A stretch of 20,000 nt of DNA from an uncultured virus (IMG/VR IMGVR_UViG_3300031784_002630) (lineage: Duplodnaviria; Heunggongvirae; Uroviricota; Caudoviricetes), in the IMG/VR virus record IMGVR_UViG_3300031784_002630, positions 53,331-73,330 of that record; one strand, given 5' to 3'. A program made the position numbers and the translations under genes. Below the pieces are notes generated by a model. It saw nothing but the letters and a program-made list of their open reading frames with translations. It did not search any database and was not told where the DNA came from. This document shows positions 8,617 to 16,746 of this stretch, piece after piece. The first letter of the stretch is position 1. Each line of letters opens with the position of its first letter.

Positions 8617-10367
8617 AAGTAAGTGTTATAGTACCCGCTTATAAATTTGCGAATTATTTAGAACAAGCGTTATTGTCCGCTTTATGGCAAAAAACAAGTT
8701 TTGAGTTTGAGGTATTAGTTAGAGATGATTTTTCTCAAGATGGTTCAGAGCAAATTATTGAGCGATTAACTAATTTTTATCCCAATTTAAAACATTTTCG
8801 TGCAACTGAAAATTTAGGTTTTCATAAAAACATACCATTTTTATTATCGCAAGCACAAGGTGAATATATCGCCTATTTAGATGGAGATGATTATTTTTTT
8901 AATGAGTATAAATTACAAAAACAAGTTGATTTTTTAGATGCAAACCCTGACTATTCAATGCATTGTACAGGTTATTGGTTATACACTAATGGTATTTATA
9001 CCCCCAACAAAACTAATACATGGTTATGTAGTCCAATTAAAGACATAACAACAGAAGACTTATTTGTAGAGAATTACGTATCTTTTGGAAGAATGTTTAG
9101 AAATTACAAAGATTTAATTAAACCATACATGATGTCATTACCTTATTTAGATTATCCTGTCAATTATGAGTTATCATTAAGAGGTAAGATACGTGGTGAT
9201 GAATGGGTTGGTGGTATATACAGAGAACATGGTCAAGGTGTTTTAACATCACTTTCACCTGAAGAAAAAAAACAAACACATAAATACGTAAGAGATTACC
9301 TATATAACAGACACAATCAAATGAAAAATAAAACAATTACAATCATAGATTCTTTTGTTCATAACAAAGAAGTTGAAGTTAAATTATCACAATTTTTGGA
9401 TATTTTAAAAGGAAATAATCAAGATACTTTATTAGTATCTAACACAATTATTAAACCTGAAATTTTATCCAAAACAAACTATTACTTATACGACTCAAAT
9501 AATAAATTGTTTGAAAATGATTATACAAATGTTAGTAATGTGACTTTATATCATTTGAGAGATGATATTGATATTTTTGATGTTATGCCAGGTTTACAAA
9601 GACATGGTCTACCTGTATTAGTTAATCTATTCAATTCTTTAATATTTGCAAAGTCATTAGGTTATACCCACTTTCAAAGATTAGAAGTTGATGATAAACT
9701 TTCAGAGTCATCTTGGGATTACATAAATACCGTACCATCATTGTGTCACGACAATGGTAAAAAAGGATTGTTTTATTTTAATGAAAATGACTCAAGAAAA
9801 GATGTTTCGTTTCACTATTTTTACTGTGAGATTGAGTATTTTTTACAAATCATTAAACGAATTACATGTGAACAAGATTATGTAAATTATTTAATGGATA
9901 GGTTTGGTAATTTAGATTTTAAAATTGCCGAAGAATATTTGTATCAGAATATTATTGATAATGATATTGACTCACACATTTTAAGAAAAACTGGTGACCA
10001 ACAAACAATTGATTTTGAAGGTACCTTATGGAATACTGAGACTTCAATTAGTAACATATCCCCCAAGTATGAAGGTTGTTCAACAAGAATATATAAAGTA
10101 TATAGAAATATTGATAGTGTAAAAACATTAACAAACTATTTGGCTGTTGTATCTTACAACTATACAGATACACCAAAAAATAGAGTTGTTATATCATATT
10201 TTAATGACGGAACTGAACAAACATTTAATCAATCTGTTAGTGGAAAACATAGTTGGTCATACTATATTCCAAAAGATGGTTTAGAAAAAATTGATGTGTA
10301 TGAAGATGGTAGATTTCTATATTCTGAAACAAATAACAATGTATATGCTAACATGTATATTAAATGA
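8613..10367 (+). CDS. GT2 (GT-A) glycosyltransferase fused to a ~350-aa uncharacterised C-terminal region
   Basis: VSVIVPAY, RDDFSQDGS and YIAYLDGDDY. The second region begins at about 9321 (MKNKTITIIDS) and contains a DxD-like EVDD. Confidence 0.85.
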   Translation: MKVSVIVPAYKFANYLEQALLSALWQKTSFEFEVLVRDDFSQDGSEQIIERLTNFYPNLKHFRATENLGFHKNIPFLLSQAQGEYIAYLDGDDYFFNEYKLQKQVDFLDANPDYSMHCTGYWLYTNGIYTPNKTNTWLCSPIKDITTEDLFVENYVSFGRMFRNYKDLIKPYMMSLPYLDYPVNYELSLRGKIRGDEWVGGIYREHGQGVLTSLSPEEKKQTHKYVRDYLYNRHNQMKNKTITIIDSFVHNKEVEVKLSQFLDILKGNNQDTLLVSNTIIKPEILSKTNYYLYDSNNKLFENDYTNVSNVTLYHLRDDIDIFDVMPGLQRHGLPVLVNLFNSLIFAKSLGYTHFQRLEVDDKLSESSWDYINTVPSLCHDNGKKGLFYFNENDSRKDVSFHYFYCEIEYFLQIIKRITCEQDYVNYLMDRFGNLDFKIAEEYLYQNIIDNDIDSHILRKTGDQQTIDFEGTLWNTETSISNISPKYEGCSTRIYKVYRNIDSVKTLTNYLAVVSYNYTDTPKNRVVISYFNDGTEQTFNQSVSGKHSWSYYIPKDGLEKIDVYEDGRFLYSETNNNVYANMYIK

Positions 10368-11128
10368 TATCATTAACCATTACAACGTGTAAAAGATTTT
10401 CATTGTTTGAAAGAACAATAAATTCTTTCTATAATAATTGTGTTGACCGTGATTTGATATCACACATCTTTCATTATGATGATTCATCTTCAGATTTTGA
10501 AAGGAAAGAAATGTTTCTTTTATTAAAGAAATTATTTCCAAAGGTGATGTTAACATCAATAACATTTCAACCTTCAGATTTTAATACCAGAAAAAGACAT
10601 TTGGAGATTATGAAAGTTTGGAAAACAAACAATGAAAAATTTAATTTTGATTATGTGTTTCATTTAGAGGATGATTGGTTATTTCAACAAAATTTTAGAT
10701 TATTAGATGGTATTAATTTATTAAGTAATAATGACGATATTGCATTAGTTGGCTATTCATGGGAAAAAAAGATATTCCCACCAGAATTATTTACACCAAG
10801 AATAATTGGTGATTTTTGGGAATGGTATTATTCTGAAAAACACGAATTAAATGAACCATTATTTTTAGATGAGGTTGAAATGAAATACTTACCTGAAGGT
10901 GATTGGGTTAAAGTAATCAATTGGCCATACTTTGGATTTAGACCAGCAATACATGATATTAAAAAATTAAAAACTATTGATAATTTTAATGGAAATATGG
11001 ATTCATTTGAATTAGAATTCGCATTAAGGTTTGCAAAAAAATACAAATCATTTTTACATTTGGAAAGAATTTGTTATCATATAGGTATTCATAATTCATC
11101 ATACAACTTAAACAATTCAGAAAGATAA
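10364..11128 (+). CDS. GT-A fold (GT2-like) glycosyltransferase
   Basis: ITTCKR, YDDSS, YVFHLEDDW and CYHIG motifs. Confidence 0.75.
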   Translation: MISLTITTCKRFSLFERTINSFYNNCVDRDLISHIFHYDDSSSDFERKEMFLLLKKLFPKVMLTSITFQPSDFNTRKRHLEIMKVWKTNNEKFNFDYVFHLEDDWLFQQNFRLLDGINLLSNNDDIALVGYSWEKKIFPPELFTPRIIGDFWEWYYSEKHELNEPLFLDEVEMKYLPEGDWVKVINWPYFGFRPAIHDIKKLKTIDNFNGNMDSFELEFALRFAKKYKSFLHLERICYHIGIHNSSYNLNNSER

Positions 11129-11129
11129 A

Positions 11130-11702
11130 ATGGAAAACTTTTTATGGGTTACAATTGGTGACCAACAATTTAGAACCGCTCAAACAAAACACATACCTAA
11201 AGCCTTTTCAATAATATTAAAAGACTTTGAACAAATTATTGAGATTGGTACTTTTACAGGTGCTTTTACATATTGGTTATCAGAAAATAAATCTGATTCA
11301 TGTAAAATAATATCATACGATAATAATCCTGATTATTTACAAGTTAATAATATTAAAGATACCACCTTAAGAGTTGCCGATTGTTTTGATGTTGACGTGA
11401 TTGGTGAAATAAAATCATTAATTAGTCAACCAAAAAAAACATTATTATTATGTGATGGTGGTGATAAAGAAACTGAATTTAAATTATTCTCAAGGTATCT
11501 TAAAACGGGTGATGTTGTTATGTTACATGACTATGAAGAAACACCCGAAGAGTACGAAAAAATAAAAACCGAATTAGATTGGCCAACAATTTCCGAATCT
11601 CATTATAAAAATTTAGAAAGATATCTTCCCGAATTAAAATTAAGACCATATCTTTATAATGAATTTAAACAAGTCCTTTGGGGGAGTTTTATTAAATGTT
11701 AA
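11130..11702 (+). CDS. Class I SAM-dependent methyltransferase (Methyltransf_24/CmcI-like)
   Basis: IIEIGTFTGAFT (motif I), LLLCDGGDK and LKTGDVVMLHDY. Confidence 0.75.
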   Translation: MENFLWVTIGDQQFRTAQTKHIPKAFSIILKDFEQIIEIGTFTGAFTYWLSENKSDSCKIISYDNNPDYLQVNNIKDTTLRVADCFDVDVIGEIKSLISQPKKTLLLCDGGDKETEFKLFSRYLKTGDVVMLHDYEETPEEYEKIKTELDWPTISESHYKNLERYLPELKLRPYLYNEFKQVLWGSFIKC

Positions 11703-12694
11703 AACAAGAAAAAATATTAATCAATATTAATAATATTGATGTTGAAACTGCTATAAATAATGCAATTTTAAAAATTAATTTTACAACATTAGGGTTAAAT
11801 GACCAACAACAAACAATATCTGTAAAGATATCAGACCCGTATTTTGATATACCATACTCACCCGAAATTATTAATGTAAATTGTATTGATGGTCCAAATT
11901 ATTTTGTTAATTTTACGATTGGTAGTCATTTTGGGAAACATAATAGATTGGGTTTTAAAGGTGGGGTACATTTAAGATGTTATATAGAAGATTATTTAGT
12001 TTTTGAAAAAAAGTTTTTCTTTTATAAGAACTATCTACCATTAAGAAACATATCACAACAATATCCAATGAATTATAAACGATTATGGATTATTGGTGAT
12101 TCAAATGTGTGGGGAACTTTTGGTAATGATGAGTACACCCCTGAACCAATACATGATTATTTACCCATAAGGTATAGTCACCCCTCACTAAGTTTACATA
12201 GATTTTTAAATAAAGATAATAAATCATTTATTGATTTATTACCCATAGAAGATGGCGATATTATAGCCTTTTATTTAGGTGAAATAGATACTAGATATGG
12301 TCTACCTAAATCATCTCAAGAAAAAAATACTTCAATTTCTCATTTAACAAATAAGTTATTATTTAAATATAAAGAATTTCTACAGACTTTTATTTCCAAA
12401 CATCCAAATAATAAAGTGATTGTTATGTCCCCAAACCCACCAATTAAAAATGGTTTAATTGATGAAGAAAAAGAACGTCAATTAATTAAAGGAACAAATA
12501 ATGAAAGAAAATATTGTGTTGATTCATTTGATGAGTTTTTTTCTAATGAAAATTTTCTATATTTTAATTGGAAAAAAGATTATACTGATAATTTTGGGTT
12601 TGTTGACCCAAATTTTTTATTTGATAATGATTTTCACATAAAAGAATATAACCAAATATTAAAATCATTTAGCGAATTTATTAAAACAATATGA
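11696..12694 (+). CDS. SGNH/GDSL-like esterase or acyltransferase with N-terminal beta-rich domain
   Basis: IIGDSNV (block I Ser), LGEIDTR (block III-like) and DNDFH (DxxH block V). Confidence 0.6.
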   Translation: MLKQEKILININNIDVETAINNAILKINFTTLGLNDQQQTISVKISDPYFDIPYSPEIINVNCIDGPNYFVNFTIGSHFGKHNRLGFKGGVHLRCYIEDYLVFEKKFFFYKNYLPLRNISQQYPMNYKRLWIIGDSNVWGTFGNDEYTPEPIHDYLPIRYSHPSLSLHRFLNKDNKSFIDLLPIEDGDIIAFYLGEIDTRYGLPKSSQEKNTSISHLTNKLLFKYKEFLQTFISKHPNNKVIVMSPNPPIKNGLIDEEKERQLIKGTNNERKYCVDSFDEFFSNENFLYFNWKKDYTDNFGFVDPNFLFDNDFHIKEYNQILKSFSEFIKTI

Positions 12695-14796
12695 AAATAA
12701 CACAAGTAACACCAGGTCTTATATCAATACCTCCAAATGGTTGGGGAGCAATTGAAAAAGTAATATGGAACTATAAACTTCAATTTGAAGAAATGGGTCA
12801 CGTATGTGATATTAAATACTTAAATGATGTTGATGTAAATAATACAGATATCATTCATTTACACGTTGCCAATTTAGGTATTGAAGCTCAAAAAAGAGGT
12901 ATACCATACATCTTTTCATTACATGACCATCATGTTGTTAGACATGGTAAAGATTCTCATACATATAAACAAAATTTAGAAGCCATTAAAGGTTCAATAG
13001 TATCCTTTACACATGCAGAATTTTTAGTTGATTACTTTGAGGAAACTGATAAGTTATTTTATTTAACACATGGTGTTGATACCAAGTTTTTTGATTTACC
13101 TTATAAGGAAGATTTTAAACACAAATTATTATGTATAGCAAATAATGGTTATGCTGATGACCAAACCATAGATAGAAAAGGATTTAGATACGCTATTGAA
13201 GCCGCTAAAGAATTAAACATGGATATTACAATTGTTGGTCCTCCTAACAATATGAATTTTTTCAACGCAAATCCTGATTTATTGGAGTACGGTAAATTAA
13301 ACATAATTTCTCACAATCCAAGTGAAGAAGAATTATTAAAAATAATTGAAGAGCATTCAATATTCCTTCACCCATCAGAATTGGAAGCTGGTCACCCAAA
13401 TTTAACATTATTGGAATCAATTTCATGTAGAGTACCTGTTGTTGGGACATATGATGGTAACCACAAAATTGAAGGTTTGTATAAAGTAGAAAGGTCAACT
13501 GAATCAGTTAAAAAAGGTATATTGGAAGTTATTGAGAACTATGCTCATTATATGATTAATACCGAAATTGATAGAAAATATTATGATTGGTCAACAGTTT
13601 GTACAAGATTGTTAAACATGTATGGTGATGTTCTTAAAATACAAAAAGAATATACTTCTGATATTACCAAAAATTTATTTATTAAAGCGTTTAACGAAAC
13701 AAAAGATTTAAAACCAATGTTAAATGAAAAATTGGCAATAAATGTACATTTTGTTGATGGTCCAACTGTTGATGTTCAAAGTAATCTTGACGATGAATAT
13801 ACCGTAGATTTTTTTGAAGATGATAACACACTAACATATACTTCAAAAATAAGAAGTAATATGTGGACAAAATCAAATAAGAAATTTCATAAAGATTGGA
13901 GAATCAGAGTTTCTAATTCATCAGGAACAATACTTAACCGTAAGTTTCCTTTTGAAGGTATGAGAGTTTATATTGCAATTGATTCAAGTTCGTTAGGTGA
14001 TTCAATTGCTTGGGTACCATATGTTGATGAGTTTAGAAAAAAACATAAATGTCATGTGATTTGTTCAACTTTCAAGAATTTTTTATTTGAAAAATCATAC
14101 CCTGAAATTGAGTTTGTTACGCCAGGTATTGAAGTTAAAAACATATACGCAATGTATAAGTTGGGTTGGTTTTATAATCGTGATTTAGAACCTACATTAC
14201 CTAATACAATACCATTACAACAAACCGCTAGTAATATTCTTGGGTTAGAATTTAAAGAAATTAAAACAAATATTGATTTTATACCAAAAGAAAAACCTTA
14301 CCCTGAAAAGTATATTTGTATTGCAACCAACTCAACCGCTGGTTGTAAATATTGGAACAATCCAACAGGATGGGTTGATTTAATTAGACATTTTAAATCA
14401 TTAGGATATAAAGTAATTAATATCTCACAAAATGGTGATAAATACGAAGGTGCCGATTCATTAGAAGATGACTCAATTGATAATACAATGAATGTAATTT
14501 ATCACAGTCAATTTGTTGTCGGTCTTTCAAGTGGATTATCTTGGTTAAGTTGGGCTTTAGGTAAACACGTTGTGATGATTTCTAATTTTACAGAACCTGA
14601 CCATGAATTTACTTCAAATTGTACAAGGATTATAAATATGTCAGTATGTAATGGTTGTTGGAATAATCCCATGTTCTTATTTAATAAAGGAGATTGGAAT
14701 TGGTGTCCTGAACATAAAGATACTGAAAGACAATTTGAATGTCATAAATCTATAACCGCAGATATGGTTATATCACAAATACAAAATTTATTATGA
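12691..14796 (+). CDS. Fusion: GT4 glycosyltransferase + Aah/TibC-like O-heptosyltransferase
   Basis: N-terminal GT4 has IPPNGWGAIEK, HGVD, RKG and HPSELEAGHPNLTLLES. From about 13732 come HFVDGPTV, SLGDSIAWVPYVDEF, YICIATNSTAGCKYWNNPTGW..LI.HFKSLGYKV, GLSSGLSWLSWA and CNGCWN...WCPEHKDTERQFEC, very close to the TibC motifs. Confidence 0.9.
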   Translation: MKITQVTPGLISIPPNGWGAIEKVIWNYKLQFEEMGHVCDIKYLNDVDVNNTDIIHLHVANLGIEAQKRGIPYIFSLHDHHVVRHGKDSHTYKQNLEAIKGSIVSFTHAEFLVDYFEETDKLFYLTHGVDTKFFDLPYKEDFKHKLLCIANNGYADDQTIDRKGFRYAIEAAKELNMDITIVGPPNNMNFFNANPDLLEYGKLNIISHNPSEEELLKIIEEHSIFLHPSELEAGHPNLTLLESISCRVPVVGTYDGNHKIEGLYKVERSTESVKKGILEVIENYAHYMINTEIDRKYYDWSTVCTRLLNMYGDVLKIQKEYTSDITKNLFIKAFNETKDLKPMLNEKLAINVHFVDGPTVDVQSNLDDEYTVDFFEDDNTLTYTSKIRSNMWTKSNKKFHKDWRIRVSNSSGTILNRKFPFEGMRVYIAIDSSSLGDSIAWVPYVDEFRKKHKCHVICSTFKNFLFEKSYPEIEFVTPGIEVKNIYAMYKLGWFYNRDLEPTLPNTIPLQQTASNILGLEFKEIKTNIDFIPKEKPYPEKYICIATNSTAGCKYWNNPTGWVDLIRHFKSLGYKVINISQNGDKYEGADSLEDDSIDNTMNVIYHSQFVVGLSSGLSWLSWALGKHVVMISNFTEPDHEFTSNCTRIINMSVCNGCWNNPMFLFNKGDWNWCPEHKDTERQFECHKSITADMVISQIQNLL

Positions 14797-15173
14797 ATAT
14801 AGAAGTATCACATGGAGAAATTGTTGACAAATTAACAATTCTTCAAATTAAAAAGGAAAATATTACCGACCCAAATAAATTAGATAACATCATAAAAGAG
14901 TATGAGTATCTTTTATCTGTGGTTGAAAATGATTTGGGTATTTCAACTTTATCACCTGAGTATTTAGAATTATTGTCAGTTAATAAAGACCTTTGGGTTA
15001 TTGAAGATGATATTAGGGACAAAGAAAGACAAAAAGAATTTGATGAAGAATTTGTTAGTCTTGCTCGTTCAGTTTACTATACTAATGATGTTCGTGCTAA
15101 AATTAAAAAAGAAATTAATTTGAAGTTTTCTTCAGGATTTATTGAAGAAAAATCTTACAGTGATTATCTGTAA
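14793..15173 (+). CDS. DUF6165-like small helical protein
   Basis: VSHGEIVDKLTILQIK...LWVIEDDIR...FDEEFVSLARSVYYTNDVRAKIKKEIN...IEEKSY pattern. Confidence 0.7.
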   Translation: MNIEVSHGEIVDKLTILQIKKENITDPNKLDNIIKEYEYLLSVVENDLGISTLSPEYLELLSVNKDLWVIEDDIRDKERQKEFDEEFVSLARSVYYTNDVRAKIKKEINLKFSSGFIEEKSYSDYL

Positions 15174-15763
15174 GGTGTTCCACCTACCCAAAATACCAAA
15201 CTTTTTCTAATACCTTTTGTTACGGGTGTAACCCTATGCATAATACAACTTGGGAATATTGTCATACTATATTGTTTTCTTTCCACTGTTTTAATCTCAC
15301 CACCAGGCCATAGTTCCAAATCACCACCTTCATATTCGTCAGGATTTGTTAACAGTACCGACATAGACACTTTTCTTTGAGCACTAGGACCATGTCCTGT
15401 ATCTATGTGCCAACCATATTCACCATCGTCTTCATATTCAGTGTATTGAATAGGTTCTCTCGCCATAATTAATTCAAAATTCCAAAGTTGACCATTAACT
15501 GATTGGATGATTTTCATTAATTTGGTAAATAACCACATAGTTTCATTTGTTGGGTATATCCATTTAACATTACTTTTTCTAACATCTTTGTTAACCTCAC
15601 CAACAAAATTTTCATTTACAATTCTTCCTTCTTCATACTCTAAAGAATTAATTATATTAATTAATTCATCAATTTCAGGTTGTGAAAATTGGTCATCAAC
15701 ATTTGCGTGCTTACCTATATCAATTGTTGGTGGGTATGGAAATATCGGTATTTTACTTGACAT
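15164..15763 (-). CDS. 2OG-Fe(II) oxygenase (prolyl-4-hydroxylase/PKHD-like)
   Basis: WHID (HxD), RKVSMSVLL, YEGGDL and FPS..MHRVTPVTKGIRKSLVFWV (distal His and Arg). Confidence 0.9.
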   Translation of the reverse strand: MSSKIPIFPYPPTIDIGKHANVDDQFSQPEIDELINIINSLEYEEGRIVNENFVGEVNKDVRKSNVKWIYPTNETMWLFTKLMKIIQSVNGQLWNFELIMAREPIQYTEYEDDGEYGWHIDTGHGPSAQRKVSMSVLLTNPDEYEGGDLELWPGGEIKTVERKQYSMTIFPSCIMHRVTPVTKGIRKSLVFWVGGTPYR

Positions 15764-15769
15764 AAATAA

Positions 15770-15799
15770 AGTATATTAAATAAAATCTATTAAGTAAAC
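15770..15799 (-). promoter_or_regulatory. Putative sigma70/T4-early-type promoter for the oxygenase
   Basis: The minus strand reads GTTTACT, 17 nt, TATACT, 6 nt, ATG, within the 49-bp intergenic gap. Confidence 0.45.
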
Positions 15800-15812
15800 T
15801 TGCAAATTAAAA

Positions 15813-16427
15813 TTATGAAACTCTAATGTAAACAGTCCCACCATTTGCAACATTAATAATTGCTCCGGTAGTTAATAGACCCGGAAATGTAGTTGGTGAA
15901 CCAGGAAAAGCGGTGAAACCAGCACCAGTGTCATAATCAACATTTACCGCTGGTGTAAATGGTGGTGCACCAGCATTTAAATTAACCTGTAAATCTATTT
16001 GATACCAATGGGGTTGGTTACCAGCGGTCCCCCCTCGAATCATTGCATTAATTTGTGTTTGTGTATCAGCGTTTGGTCCACTATTTGAACCGCTAGCCAA
16101 AACAGTTGCATCATTAATTGTCACATCAATAGTTGATACCCAACTAGGTGTTCCTGATTGGAATTGAATGTCATAATAACTCTCAGAATCTATATCATAA
16201 AACATTGATATAGATGCGTTTTGTGTTACTGCACCTCCAGCAGGACTTGATGGTAAAGGATAAAATGCTGGATAAAATGTATAGTCATTAATAAAACCAT
16301 CATCATATATGTATGTTGCAAAATCATACAATCCAATATCAATATTAGGCGTAAAGTTAACCTCAGCCCTAATATTATCATAACTAATAGGATTACCGGG
16401 TGATGCTGGTCCTGGTGGTGTTGCCAT
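15813..16427 (-). CDS. Hypothetical Gly/Pro/Thr-rich protein, probably virion or fibre-associated
   Basis: N-terminal P..G.PISYDNIRAE resembles N-termini of phage fibre-associated proteins. It has no Lys, looks beta-rich and lies downstream of the fibre gene. Confidence 0.55.
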   Translation of the reverse strand: MATPPGPASPGNPISYDNIRAEVNFTPNIDIGLYDFATYIYDDGFINDYTFYPAFYPLPSSPAGGAVTQNASISMFYDIDSESYYDIQFQSGTPSWVSTIDVTINDATVLASGSNSGPNADTQTQINAMIRGGTAGNQPHWYQIDLQVNLNAGAPPFTPAVNVDYDTGAGFTAFPGSPTTFPGLLTTGAIINVANGGTVYIRVS

Positions 16428-16433
16428 ATTCTA

Positions 16434-16745
16434 TTAACAATCAACTGTTGATGATGGTCCGTAAATACTTTGCAAATGAGTTCTTAATTCAGAATACCCC
16501 GCTGAAAAGATATCAGTAGTTTCAAATGAAGTAAAACTACTAACCTTTTTATATACATAATTACCAATTTGTTTATTTGTCACAATATTGTCTTTATTGT
16601 TTTTATCTACTTCTGAGTTATAAATTTCTAACCCAAATCTAACAGCATTGTTGGATTTATCAATTAAATAAGTACCTATTCTTACATAGGCTTCAGTGGT
16701 GATTCCACCACTGGTTCCTATTTGTGTTGTTACTTTTATAGCCAT
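16434..16745 (-). CDS. Hypothetical protein (possible fibre accessory or assembly protein)
   Basis: 103-aa ORF starting 1 bp after the fibre stop codon (MAIKVTTQIGTSGGITTEAYVRI). Confidence 0.6.
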   Translation of the reverse strand: MAIKVTTQIGTSGGITTEAYVRIGTYLIDKSNNAVRFGLEIYNSEVDKNNKDNIVTNKQIGNYVYKKVSSFTSFETTDIFSAGYSELRTHLQSIYGPSSTVDC

Positions 16746-16746
16746 T

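Noticed and set aside
7172..11759. TATAAATA (T4 late promoter-like) matches near 7172 and 11752
   Set aside because: They lie inside coding regions of very AT-rich DNA, where such matches are expected by chance.
189..15173. Stop-codon reassignment as in some large phages
   Set aside because: Genes are intact and tightly tiled under the standard code with TAA/TGA stops. There is no evidence of read-through.
15164..15763. Oxygenase as the prolyl hydroxylase of the collagen-like shaft
   Set aside because: The visible shaft has almost no Pro (one GPS at its end), so the substrate is undetermined.
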